A DNA stretch of 64,000 nt, taken from Planctomycetota bacterium. GTDB taxonomy: Bacteria; Planctomycetota; GCA-002687715; CAIWVZ01. Each line of letters starts with the position of its first letter. Within the stretch, counting starts at the first letter, position 1. The notes beneath the pieces are model-generated. The model searched no databases. It was not told the DNA's origin and saw only the letters and a list, made by a program, of their open reading frames with translations. Positions 49,245 to 58,925 of this stretch are shown piece by piece. Made by a program: the position numbers and the translations under genes. Location of the stretch: assembly GCA_044222185.1 (NCBI GenBank), contig JBGANV010000001.1:160001-224000 (forward strand), read 5' to 3'.

Positions 49245-51155
49245 ATGAACGAAAACAAATCTCGATTCTGGATCCCTGTTCTCCTCGGAGTCCTCGGGAT
49301 CGGCATTGCGGCGTCGCTGAACGGACTGTTCCTCCACTCCGGAGCGCAGATCGACCTGACGCAGGACAAGCGCTTCACCGTCTCGCCGGCGCTGGAGCGA
49401 ATCGCAGGCACGTTGACGGAGACGTGCCGGGTCACCTGCTACATCTCCGAGTCGCTGCCCCGCTACATCCAACACGTGCCTCGCAGTCTGCGCACGGTGC
49501 TGGACGCCGTGCGCCGCGCCTCCAGCGATCATCTCGAGTACGAGTTCGTCGACCCGAAGGACGACATCGACCTGGGGCAGAAGCTCAAGCAGAAGAAGAT
49601 CGAGCCACTGCCGCTGCAGGACATCAAGGACGACCAGATCACCCAGGGCAGCTACTACCTGACGGTCGTGTTCCGATACGGCGATCAGGAAGAGGTCCTG
49701 AACCTCGTCGACATGGGGTACGACCTCGCGAAGGAGGAGAAGACGCTCTCGGCGTTGCCTGCGTTCGTCGCGTCGCGCCTGGTGAAGGTGTCGCAGCCGG
49801 AGGCCGTCGTCGGCATCGCCAGCGACAAGAAGATGGTCCCCCAGCAGGGCCAGCAGCAGCCGGAGGCGACGGATGGGATGGAGCAGCTCCGCACCCGCCT
49901 CAAGTCGCACTGCAAGGTCAAGGACGTCACGTTGAAGAACGGCATCGCCGTTCCCGACGACATCAAGTGCCTCATCGTCCACAAACCGGAGAAGCTCGCT
50001 CCGGCCGACGTCTATCAGCTCGACCAGTTCATGATGCGCGGTGGGCGCGTCGTGCTTCTCCTCGAGAACGCATCCGCCCTCGACCTCGACCGCCTGCAGG
50101 CCATCGGCACTCAGATGCAGCAGGACAACTACTCCCTGCGTGCGATCGACTCGGGGTTGAACGACTGGCTCGCTCACTACGGCATCGTCGTGAGCCCGGG
50201 CCTCGTCATGGACCGGAAGAATCACAAGCTCGCGCGCATCCGCCAGGTCACCGATCCGAGGACGGGGATGCCGACGATGCAGATCAAGCAGGAGGTCAAC
50301 GACCTCCCCGGCGTCCTCGACGTTCGTCAGTTGGACGAGAAGCGTGAAGAGACGGGCCAGATGGAGGCGTCGGAAACCACCGTCGCCGGCATCGGCGCCT
50401 TGGCGTTCATGCTTCCCACGCCCATGCAGCTCGACGTGGAGGGTTTCGCAAAGCGTCACTCCGCCGCCACGCTGCCCAAACCCCAGGCGCGCATCGAGTC
50501 GCTCGTGCGTTCGTCGAAAGAGGCGTGGGTCGTGAAGGACTTCAAGGACACGCTCTCGATGGTCAACTCGACTCCGCCACCTCGGGAGGAGTGGGGGAGC
50601 TGGGTCCTCGTCGCGCGCGCGTCCGGCATGCTGAAGTCCTTCTTCGCCGGCAAGGACGTCCCGGCTGGTGTCGCCGGCATGCAGGACCAGGCCGAGTCGC
50701 GCTCGACGCGGACCGAGTCGAATCCCAAGGACGGATCCCAGCTGTGGGTCATCGCCGATTCGGACTTCGCCTCGGACGTGTGGGTCAACAGCTTCGGGCG
50801 CATGGGCGCCATGGGACTCGCCAAGGGCCTGCAGATCAGCTCGGCCATGCTCACCAACGTCGTCGACGTGGCGAGCGGCGGATCGGACCTCGTCGAGATG
50901 CGGCGCGCACGCCTCATCGACCGATCGATCAACGAGACCCAGGTCAAGGAAGACCGCACGAAGATCACCTTCCTGAATCTCTTCATGATGCCGATCGCCT
51001 TGATCGCGTTCGGCCTCGTCTGGTGGATGGTCCGCGCCGCCCAGACGTTCGTGGCGTCACCGCGCCAGCCGGTGACCGTCGCATCCAACTCGCAACCACC
51101 GGCTCCCGCGCCTGAACCCGCAGGCGCCGGGGCGCACGGAGCGGAGGGCCACTGA
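49245..51155 (+). CDS. GldG-like ABC transporter auxiliary component
   Basis: IDLTQDKRFTVS, YEFVDP, YQLDQFMMRGG and VIADSDF. N- and C-terminal TM segments. Confidence 0.88.
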   Translation: MNENKSRFWIPVLLGVLGIGIAASLNGLFLHSGAQIDLTQDKRFTVSPALERIAGTLTETCRVTCYISESLPRYIQHVPRSLRTVLDAVRRASSDHLEYEFVDPKDDIDLGQKLKQKKIEPLPLQDIKDDQITQGSYYLTVVFRYGDQEEVLNLVDMGYDLAKEEKTLSALPAFVASRLVKVSQPEAVVGIASDKKMVPQQGQQQPEATDGMEQLRTRLKSHCKVKDVTLKNGIAVPDDIKCLIVHKPEKLAPADVYQLDQFMMRGGRVVLLLENASALDLDRLQAIGTQMQQDNYSLRAIDSGLNDWLAHYGIVVSPGLVMDRKNHKLARIRQVTDPRTGMPTMQIKQEVNDLPGVLDVRQLDEKREETGQMEASETTVAGIGALAFMLPTPMQLDVEGFAKRHSAATLPKPQARIESLVRSSKEAWVVKDFKDTLSMVNSTPPPREEWGSWVLVARASGMLKSFFAGKDVPAGVAGMQDQAESRSTRTESNPKDGSQLWVIADSDFASDVWVNSFGRMGAMGLAKGLQISSAMLTNVVDVASGGSDLVEMRRARLIDRSINETQVKEDRTKITFLNLFMMPIALIAFGLVWWMVRAAQTFVASPRQPVTVASNSQPPAPAPEPAGAGAHGAEGH

Positions 51156-52426
51156 TGAACAAGGTCTACGTGATGCTCGGCCTCTTCGTCGTCCTGGCGC
51201 TGGCGGCCTTCATCGTCAACTACGATTCTTCCGGCAAGGGCGTCGATCGTACGAGCAAGGTCCGTGAGAACGTTCCGAAGCTCCCCGCCATCGACCAGAA
51301 CCGGATCATGGGACTGGAGCTCTCCGACGGAACCGGGACCATCAAGGTCCAGCGCGTCGGCGACGGCTGGGTGATGCCCGACAAGTTCAACGCGCCCGTC
51401 CAGGCGACGAAGGTGAACGACCTGCTGAAGGCACTCACCGACCTGGACAAGGCAGACCGCGTCGCCGACACACGCTCGATGGATTCGCGGTACGGCTTGG
51501 GGAACGACAAGGGCAAGCGCGTGAAGCTCTTCGACGAGACCAAGAAACTCGTCGTCGACCTGTGGATCGGCAAGGCCGACACGTCGTCGGATCGCACGAT
51601 CCAGACGGCGGGCAACTACGTGCGCATGGAGGGCTCGGACGTCGTCTACTCCCACGGGAAGCGACTCGAGCACCTCACTGCCACCATGCTTCTCCAATGG
51701 ATGGAGGCACGTCTGTTCGCCGTGGATCCAAAGGACATCAACGACCTCGTCACCAAGGCCGAGAAGGTGACGCTCGAGTTCGACGACATCCCGCCACCTC
51801 CGCCTCAGATCCCGGACTCCCAACCGTCGACCGAACCGACCGACGCGGAGAAGAACGCTCCCCGGATCCGAGTCATGCTCACGGGCAAGGAGGTCGAGGT
51901 CCCGGTGGAGTCGACGCCCGGCGCCGACGTCGGACCATCCGCCAACGCCAAGCCCCCGGAGACCAAGCCCACGACGAAGAAGGAGAAACAGTGGACGCTC
52001 GTCGAGCCGGCCGATCCCGCGATCAAGCCGTACTCGGCGTTCGTGGAGCAGATCGTCCGGACGATGCTCTACGGCCGTTTCGACGACGTCGTCGGTTCGG
52101 ATCCCTCGCTGAAGGAGTACGGCTTCGACAAGCCGACCGCCGATCTCACGGTGACGTTCGCGGACGGAAGTTCGCGGCAGCTGAAGGTCGGGAAGAAGGC
52201 GCCGCCGCCCTCCGACCCGGCCCGCAAGATGGGGCAGTACCGCTTCGCCTACGTCGAGGGGACGTCGCGCGTCGTCCTCCTGAACGAGTACACCGTCGTG
52301 GCACTGCGCAAGAAGCCAGTGGATCTGAAGGCGCCCGAGATGCCCAAGCCGGGAGCCACGGGCCCCGCTCCGATCGAGATCCCCAAGGACGAGCCGGAGT
52401 CCAAGCCCGCGAAGAATGGCGACTGA
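51155..52426 (+). CDS. DUF4340-type membrane-anchored protein
   Basis: N-terminal anchor and repeated YGL/YGFDKP...L.VGK units. Typical position after gldG. Confidence 0.8.
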   Translation: MNKVYVMLGLFVVLALAAFIVNYDSSGKGVDRTSKVRENVPKLPAIDQNRIMGLELSDGTGTIKVQRVGDGWVMPDKFNAPVQATKVNDLLKALTDLDKADRVADTRSMDSRYGLGNDKGKRVKLFDETKKLVVDLWIGKADTSSDRTIQTAGNYVRMEGSDVVYSHGKRLEHLTATMLLQWMEARLFAVDPKDINDLVTKAEKVTLEFDDIPPPPPQIPDSQPSTEPTDAEKNAPRIRVMLTGKEVEVPVESTPGADVGPSANAKPPETKPTTKKEKQWTLVEPADPAIKPYSAFVEQIVRTMLYGRFDDVVGSDPSLKEYGFDKPTADLTVTFADGSSRQLKVGKKAPPPSDPARKMGQYRFAYVEGTSRVVLLNEYTVVALRKKPVDLKAPEMPKPGATGPAPIEIPKDEPESKPAKNGD

Positions 52427-53336
52427 GCCCGCACTCTCCGTTCACGGGGGAGCGTGGGACATCCCCACGCCGGAGCGCGATGCGCACCGGCGTGGATGCC
52501 TTCAGGCGGCGCGGGAAGGCGGCCGCAGGCTCACCGAGGGCGCATCCGCGCTCGACGCCGTCGTCGCGGCCGTTCGCGCCTTGGAAGCGGACGGGACGTT
52601 CGATGCGGGCGTCGGCTCCGTCCTGACGCGGGAGGGCGCGGTCGAGGTCGACGCCGGTTTGATGGATGGCGAGAGCCTGCGGGTCGGTGCGGTCGGCGCC
52701 GCACCGTGTCTCGCTCACCCGATCCTCGTCGCACGCCTCCTCCTCGAAGAGCCCGAACTGAGTTTCCTCGTGGGCGCCGCAGCAACTCGATTCGGCGAGG
52801 AGCACGGGGTCCCTCCGACGTCGGCCGCGGCGCTCGTGTCTCCGCGCGAGCGGGCCCGGTGGGAGGCGCTCGCCCGACACCGTGCGACCGTCCGAAGCGC
52901 GTTCTCGGGCACGGATTCGACGCCGCCCGCGCCACGCGGGACCGTCGGCGCGGTGGCGCGCGATCGCCGAGGGCATCTGGCCGCCGCGGTCTCGACTGGG
53001 GGCACGCCCTTCAAGCCGTCGGGGCGCGTTGGCGACACGCCCGTGGTTGGGTGTGGGTTCTTCGCCGACGATGGTCTTGGCGCCGTTTCGTGCACGGGCT
53101 TCGGCGAGACGATTCTGCGCGTGCAACTCGCGCATCTGGCCGCGCGCATGCTCCCCGACGCGAGCGGGGCCGATGACGCTGCTCGTCGGGCGTTGGAGCT
53201 GCTCTCGACACGAGCCGCCGGCCTTGGTGGAATGGTCATCCTCGGGGCGCGCGGCGCCGCGGCTGCGCGATGGAATACGCCCACCATGGCGTTCGCGCAT
53301 TGGACGCCCGAGGGTGTGACGGCCGACTGCCCCTGA
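52416..53336 (+). CDS. iaaA: Isoaspartyl peptidase / L-asparaginase (Ntn hydrolase)
   Basis: VHGGAW, FDAGVGSVL, autocleavage motif GTVGAVA, STGG and GRVGDTP. Confidence 0.92.
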   Translation: MATEPALSVHGGAWDIPTPERDAHRRGCLQAAREGGRRLTEGASALDAVVAAVRALEADGTFDAGVGSVLTREGAVEVDAGLMDGESLRVGAVGAAPCLAHPILVARLLLEEPELSFLVGAAATRFGEEHGVPPTSAAALVSPRERARWEALARHRATVRSAFSGTDSTPPAPRGTVGAVARDRRGHLAAAVSTGGTPFKPSGRVGDTPVVGCGFFADDGLGAVSCTGFGETILRVQLAHLAARMLPDASGADDAARRALELLSTRAAGLGGMVILGARGAAAARWNTPTMAFAHWTPEGVTADCP

Positions 53337-53342
53337 CCGAAG

Positions 53343-53636
53343 ATGAGACCGACCATGACTGGCGACGAACCCACCAAGTGCCCCGAATGTGAAACCCCGC
53401 TCGCGCTCGGCGGGACGTACTGCCGTCAATGCGGCTGGGACTCGGAACTCGCCGGGACGGAGGATGCGTATCTGGATGGAGTGGACGTTCCCCAGGGCTA
53501 CTCGGCGGAGGATGAGGGCCCGCTCCCGACGAATCCGCCACCGACCCGGTCGGTCAAGATCGTCACGTGGATCGTCGTCGTCGGCCTCCTCGGCATCTTC
53601 GCCTTCGGGATCTACGCGTCGGTCAAGGGGCGATGA
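53343..53636 (+). CDS. Small zinc-ribbon membrane protein
   Basis: CPEC...CRQCG, an acidic linker and a C-terminal TM. ATGA coupling to the downstream kinase. Confidence 0.7.
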   Translation: MRPTMTGDEPTKCPECETPLALGGTYCRQCGWDSELAGTEDAYLDGVDVPQGYSAEDEGPLPTNPPPTRSVKIVTWIVVVGLLGIFAFGIYASVKGR

Positions 53637-56545
53637 GTGGCGGGGTCGAGCCGGCGCGGGAGTCGTCGGACGACCGTTCCGAGGATGCCGGACGTGGGTT
53701 CGAGGAGACGGCTCGCTCCGATACGAACTCGGAAATCACCCAGCCGGACACTGAGCGCGCTGACCTCGCTCCAGCGCAGGAGGCCGTCGCCGCGAAGTTC
53801 GCGAAGTTCCTCCATGCGCTTGGCGGCGCGCCGCCCGATGAAGGCCCCGAGCAAGACGAACTGGCCTCCGGCACGGTGCTGGCCCATTACCGCATCGTGA
53901 GGAAGCTTGGCGCTGGCGGGCAGGCGACGGTCTACCTGGCGAACGACCTGGACCTCCCGCGGCAAGTCGCTCTGAAGGTCGCGGGCGACCGCCATTCGAT
54001 GACCGCCGCGCGCCGATCCCGGCTGCGTCGGGAGGCCGAGATGCTCGCGCGCCTCGATGACCCGTGCGTATGCCGCGTACTCGACACGGGCGTCGATCAC
54101 GGCACCTGGTGGATCGCCATGAGCTACGTGCAGGGGATCACGCTCGACCGCGTGATCCGTGCACACCACGAGCGCGGCGCGAAGTCCACCGTCGCGGACG
54201 AGGGCGCGGACGGCGCGTCCGTGACGCCGAGTACACTCCCGAGCGATCCTCTCGCGACGCTGCGGGTCCTCGCTCGCGTGGCGCGCGCCGTCCAGCGCGC
54301 CCACGCCGTCGGCGTGATTCACCGGGACATCAAACCGTCGAACATCATGGTTCGGCCCGACGGCGAACCCGTCGTGTTGGACTTCGGCCTGGCTCGTCCG
54401 ACGGACCTTGCGATGACCGTCACGGTGAAAGGGCAGGTCTGCGGCACGTTGCCGTACCTGTCCCCCGAGACGATCGCGGGAGCAGAGCCGACTCCCGCTG
54501 CCGACGTCTGGGCCATGGGCGTGACGCTCTACGAGGCGGCGACCGGCGAGTGGCCGTTCCACGGGATTTCCCGGTCCGGGTGGGAGCAGGCGATCACGAA
54601 AGATGAGCCCGTGCGCCCGCGTCGGCTCAACCGGCGGATCCCGCCTGATCTGGAGACGGTGATCCTCACGAGCCTCTGCAAGGTTCCCTCGGGCCGATAC
54701 TCCACCATGGAGTTCCTCGCCGACGACTTGGAGAACGCTCTCGCGAGTCGCCCCATTCGCGCACGCCCGACGGGGCTGGTGGTGCGATTCCACCGATGGA
54801 TGCGCCGTGAGCCGCGGCTCGCGACGGCCCTCGTCGGAACGCTCGCTTCGCTCGTCGTCGCGCTGGCGGCGGCGGTTTGGGCCCTTCAGTCGAGCAACGA
54901 GCGGGTGGCGGCCGAGTCGGAGCGACGGCGGCAGACGGAGATCGCGGAGCACGAGGGCCGAAGCCGGCAGGCCGACGCCCACATGGCTGCCGCGAGGTTC
55001 GCCTCGCAACGTGGCGAATGGACCGTTGCGTTGGAGCGCCTCGGCCACGCGGAGGCCGCGGGCTACCCGGACCTTCCGTCTGTCGTGATCGGCCGCGTCG
55101 AAGCGCTCGAGGTGTTGTTCCGTAGCGAGGAGGCCGCTGCCGAACTCCAACGCCTGGACACGCTTCCCGGGGCGACCGCGCGAAAGGCTGACCGCTTGCT
55201 CTGGGAGGCCGATCTGAGCATCGCCGGCGGAGACTCGACCACGGCAGCGGACGCGCTCATCCGCCAGGCGCTCGAGCTGAAGACGTTGAGACCAGCCGAC
55301 GAGGCGTACGCCCGAGCCTTGTTGAGCGCGCGCATAGGCGACATGCGCGACGGGCTCGAGTCCGCGCTGAAGGCCGAGCCGTTCCACCACCGCGCGAACG
55401 GCTTCTACGGCCTCGTTCTCGCCTGGATGGGCGACGCTGACGGGGCCATGCTTCAGGCCCAGAGGATGCGCTCCCGCTTCCCGAACGACTGGGAGCCGCT
55501 GGTCATCGAGATGTTCGCCCGGCACCTCCTCAAGGACGACCAGGCCCGAGGCAAGGATCCGGCCCGCGCCGAGCTCAAGTCGCGCATCTCGCCCCAGACG
55601 TTCTCGTGGATTCGTTACGCCACGGACTGTGGGACCCTCGTGTTCGACATCGGCGACACCCTGGCGAGTCAGGTGATGGTCGAGGACGACGCGGACGAGC
55701 GAACGGACCGGCTTCAGAAGGGCGCGATCCGCCTCGTTCTCGGCGCGCCGAACGCACCCGCCGGGTCGATCTTCATCGGACGCGTGACGCGGATCCTCTC
55801 CACCATCGTCCTGCCGGCCGTTCGGGACGTCCCTCGGCTCGCATTCAGATCGAATGGGCCAGCCGTGGATCGCAAGTCGGCGGCAGAGCTTGCTGCGCTG
55901 GCGGACCGCTGGCCGTCAGCGACCGCGAGGCTCGGGGTCGCGGCCACCTACCTGATGCAGGAACGGTGGGAGGATCTCGTCCCCATCGTCGACGGGCTGT
56001 TGCAGGTCCCGCGAAGCCGGCTCGTCACCCGCGCGTCCGAGCTGTTTGGCGCCATCGCGGAGTACAAGCTCTTCGAGCGCGAGGCCCGCGCCGCTGGAAG
56101 CACGACGGTGAAGTCAGACCACCTCGTTCGCGCGGAAGCACACTTGCGTCGCGCCGTCGCCGTGGGCCCGATCAGTCGGAGGTGGTTGGGAGTGTTCTCG
56201 GGGTGGGCCGGGCGGACGGCGGGGCCCCTCGGCGAGGACCTGTTCGCGTCGTGGCGGCGGTGGTGGCCCGACGATCCTGCCGGATGGCTGGAGTCGGCCC
56301 ACTTCGAGTTCCGGTGTGGCCACTATTCCACGGCGCTCCAGTTCGTGGACCGCTCGGCTGATCTGAATGCGACGCCGGAGGCCGCGCGGCTCCGGGAAGC
56401 GGTGGTCTCGAATCTGCATCGGGTCGGACCGCCCGGCTCCGAGATGTCGTTCGAAGACTACGACGCTGCGCGCCAACGACGCAGCGAGACCCGGCGGGCA
56501 GCGACTCGGGCGGCCGAGTCCGCACCGACGACTCGACCGAGATGA
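53633..56545 (+). CDS. Membrane Ser/Thr protein kinase with a helical/TPR C-terminal region
   Basis: LGAGGQATV, VALK, HRDIKPSN, DFGLA, GTLPYLSPE and DVWAMG. TM segment after the kinase domain. Confidence 0.93.
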   Translation: MSGGVEPARESSDDRSEDAGRGFEETARSDTNSEITQPDTERADLAPAQEAVAAKFAKFLHALGGAPPDEGPEQDELASGTVLAHYRIVRKLGAGGQATVYLANDLDLPRQVALKVAGDRHSMTAARRSRLRREAEMLARLDDPCVCRVLDTGVDHGTWWIAMSYVQGITLDRVIRAHHERGAKSTVADEGADGASVTPSTLPSDPLATLRVLARVARAVQRAHAVGVIHRDIKPSNIMVRPDGEPVVLDFGLARPTDLAMTVTVKGQVCGTLPYLSPETIAGAEPTPAADVWAMGVTLYEAATGEWPFHGISRSGWEQAITKDEPVRPRRLNRRIPPDLETVILTSLCKVPSGRYSTMEFLADDLENALASRPIRARPTGLVVRFHRWMRREPRLATALVGTLASLVVALAAAVWALQSSNERVAAESERRRQTEIAEHEGRSRQADAHMAAARFASQRGEWTVALERLGHAEAAGYPDLPSVVIGRVEALEVLFRSEEAAAELQRLDTLPGATARKADRLLWEADLSIAGGDSTTAADALIRQALELKTLRPADEAYARALLSARIGDMRDGLESALKAEPFHHRANGFYGLVLAWMGDADGAMLQAQRMRSRFPNDWEPLVIEMFARHLLKDDQARGKDPARAELKSRISPQTFSWIRYATDCGTLVFDIGDTLASQVMVEDDADERTDRLQKGAIRLVLGAPNAPAGSIFIGRVTRILSTIVLPAVRDVPRLAFRSNGPAVDRKSAAELAALADRWPSATARLGVAATYLMQERWEDLVPIVDGLLQVPRSRLVTRASELFGAIAEYKLFEREARAAGSTTVKSDHLVRAEAHLRRAVAVGPISRRWLGVFSGWAGRTAGPLGEDLFASWRRWWPDDPAGWLESAHFEFRCGHYSTALQFVDRSADLNATPEAARLREAVVSNLHRVGPPGSEMSFEDYDAARQRRSETRRAATRAAESAPTTRPR

Positions 56546-56573
56546 GCGTGTCGGGGCCCTCCGCCGTTCGCCG

Positions 56574-57173
56574 TCACGCCCCGCCCTTGAGGGACTCCCG
56601 GATCAGTGCGTCGATCGGCGCATCGGCGCCGAGGCGCTTGCGCGCCCCCTGCGCCGCCTTCAACGCCGCGACGTCCGAGTACCCGAGGACGACGAGAGCC
56701 TCGACGACGTCGTCCGCACCCGACGCGCCATCGCCGGTGCCTTGCGTGTCGCGGCCCGCGCCGGCGCGCTTCTGCGCCTCGTCCTTCAACTCGACCACGA
56801 GGCGTTGCGCGATCTTCGGGCCGATCCCCTTGGAGGACATGAGCTTCTTCTGATCACCGTCACGGAGTGCCGCCCAGATCTGGTCGGGGTCGAACGCGGA
56901 AAGGAGCGCAAGCGCGTGCGACGGTCCGACGCCCGCGATCTTAAGGAGGTTCCGGAAGAGGTCTCGCTCCGTGTCGTCGGCGAAGCCGAACAGCCGCGGT
57001 TTGTCGTCGGCCTCGCTCTGTCGCATCTGGACGAGGACCGTGGCCTCGGCACCCTGACGCATCGAGGAACTCGTGCGAACGCTCGTCTCCAGGAGGTATC
57101 CGACCCCGCCGACGTCCAGGATCACGGACGTGGGAGTCTTTCGGGCGACGCGACCTCGGAAGTAGTCGTACAT
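56574..57173 (-). CDS. ruvA: Holliday junction branch migration protein RuvA
   Basis: ILDVGGVGY, LFGF, IAGVGP, GIGPKIAQRLVVELKD and EALVVLGY. Confidence 0.96.
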   Translation of the reverse strand: MYDYFRGRVARKTPTSVILDVGGVGYLLETSVRTSSSMRQGAEATVLVQMRQSEADDKPRLFGFADDTERDLFRNLLKIAGVGPSHALALLSAFDPDQIWAALRDGDQKKLMSSKGIGPKIAQRLVVELKDEAQKRAGAGRDTQGTGDGASGADDVVEALVVLGYSDVAALKAAQGARKRLGADAPIDALIRESLKGGA

Positions 57174-57212
57174 CGAGAACCCTCGCAGATGCAGCGCGTT
57201 CGGTCCGCCAAC

Positions 57213-57247
57213 GAAAACGGGCCGCAGCCCAAGGGAGCGCGGCCCGT
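57213..57247 (-). terminator. Rho-independent terminator after the TPR/RpoA-CTD gene
   Basis: Inverted repeat ACGGGCCGC / GCGGCCCGT followed by TTTT on the minus strand. Confidence 0.65.
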
Positions 57248-57263
57248 CGTCGACGGAGAGGGA

Positions 57264-58685
57264 TCAGGAGTTCTTCAGGCTGACGCCGAACTCCGCGAGC
57301 TTGGCCTTGAGCTCGTTCAGACTCGTGAGACCGAAGTTCTTCAGCGCGAGCAGCTCCGCCTCCGTGTGGGTGAGGAGATCACCGACCGTGTTGGCCTTGA
57401 GCGCGGCCAGGGCCTTGCGGCACCGGACGGAGAGCTCGATGTCCGAGAGCACGATGCTCAGCACCTTGGGGTCGATGCCTTCCGGGATCGGCACCGGGCC
57501 GTGGGCCGGGGCGTCGTCCTCGGGTTCGTCGAGCATCGGCATGGGAGCCGCCATCATCGCCGAGGCGGCGCCGTCGCCGACGCGCATGCCGAGGCGCAGC
57601 CCCTTCTGCGTGAGAAGGCTGCGGATCTCCTGGAGCGTCGTCTCTCCGAAGTTCTTGTAGGAGAGCAGCTCCGCCTCCGTGCGGCTGACGAGGTCGCCCA
57701 GCGTCTGGATGTTCATCTTCGCGAGGCAGTTTCGAGCGCGCACGGAAAGCTCGAAGTCGGCGATCGGCACGCGCAGCATGGCGCTATTGCGATCGTGGCG
57801 ACGGTCGTGGTCGTCGTCGAAGACCATGCCGATCGACGCTTCCGCGTCCCGAAGGTATTGCCGTGCGCGACGGTGATTCGGGAAGTTGACGATGACCGTG
57901 CGGTAGCAGGCGACGGCGTCGTTGTATCGGCCTTGATCCTCGTACAGCACGCCGAGGTTCAAGAGCGCGTGCGTGTTGAGCGGCTTCATGCGGGAGAGCT
58001 GCTCGTAGTAGCCGATGGCGCGAGCGTCTTCGCCCATGACGTCGCAGCAGAACGCGAGACGGAACATCGCGTTGCGGTGCGTCGGCTCCTGCTCGAGAGC
58101 TTGCTCGTACAGCGCAGCGGCAGCAGCGGGATCGCCCTCGAACTCGACGAGCCGGCCCTGGTAGTACTTGGCGTGCGCCGTGTTCTTGGCGGCGGCAGGC
58201 ATCTTCCCGAGTGCTTCCGCGAAGCCGTCGCGGTTCTCGTCGAAGAGGAGCGCGTCGAGGTAGAGCGTCCAGACGCGCGGATCGCTCCACAGCGCCTCGT
58301 GCTTCGCGAGCGTCTTCACCGCGAGGTCGGGGCGGCGCATGGGGCGCGGCGTCCCTTCCGACACTTCGGCGCGCAGGCAGCACTCGGCCAGCAGGAACTG
58401 CATCGTCGCGTTGTTGCCGCCGGCGGACTTCAGGAGGGGATAGGCTCGGTGATACTGCGCGAGCATCCACCGGGCGATCCCTCCGTTGCGTGCGTCCGCA
58501 CCGGACTCGCCGAGACCATCGAGCTTGCGCTCGAGCGCGTTCTTCGCGGACCGGTTGAGGAGGACTGCATCCTTGATCGAAAGGAGTTGGTCGAGCGTCG
58601 GGTTCTTCTCTGCGGCGAAGCTCCAAACGTCAATGGACGGCGCCTCCGCACTCATTGCAGGGGCACCAGAGTCCGCATTCATCAT
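57264..58685 (-). CDS. TPR protein with two tandem RNA polymerase alpha C-terminal domains
   Basis: TPR repeats (ALLNLGVLYEDQG). ELSVRARNCL..NIQTLGDLV...KNFGETTL and ELSVRCRKAL...KNFGLTSL. No alpha-NTD. Confidence 0.9.
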   Translation of the reverse strand: MMNADSGAPAMSAEAPSIDVWSFAAEKNPTLDQLLSIKDAVLLNRSAKNALERKLDGLGESGADARNGGIARWMLAQYHRAYPLLKSAGGNNATMQFLLAECCLRAEVSEGTPRPMRRPDLAVKTLAKHEALWSDPRVWTLYLDALLFDENRDGFAEALGKMPAAAKNTAHAKYYQGRLVEFEGDPAAAAALYEQALEQEPTHRNAMFRLAFCCDVMGEDARAIGYYEQLSRMKPLNTHALLNLGVLYEDQGRYNDAVACYRTVIVNFPNHRRARQYLRDAEASIGMVFDDDHDRRHDRNSAMLRVPIADFELSVRARNCLAKMNIQTLGDLVSRTEAELLSYKNFGETTLQEIRSLLTQKGLRLGMRVGDGAASAMMAAPMPMLDEPEDDAPAHGPVPIPEGIDPKVLSIVLSDIELSVRCRKALAALKANTVGDLLTHTEAELLALKNFGLTSLNELKAKLAEFGVSLKNS

Positions 58686-58925
58686 GAGGCGCTCCGGGAG
58701 GTGTGAAGCAGGGATCGGGTCAGAGCTGGGGTCAGCACTGAAGCGGTACGGAAAACCCTTCCCCGCGACGGTTAAGGGCGAAAAGTCTATCGGGGGACGC
58801 CAGCAAAGAAAAGGTTCGGGCGCCGCGCGGCGATCCCGTGTTCGCGTCTTTGGGGCGTCTGGGGCTCAAGTTACAGTCCCCGCCCTCGGCGGCGGACGCC
58901 CCCGACTCGGCGTCCGCGACACGGC

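Noticed and set aside
47541-52426. Gliding motility or type IX secretion locus
   Set aside because: Only the generic GldA/F/G-like ABC genes are present. No gldK-N or spr genes are in the window.
57264-58685. A second true rpoA gene
   Set aside because: It lacks the alpha N-terminal assembly domain and is not in the rpsM-rpsK-rpoA-rplQ context.
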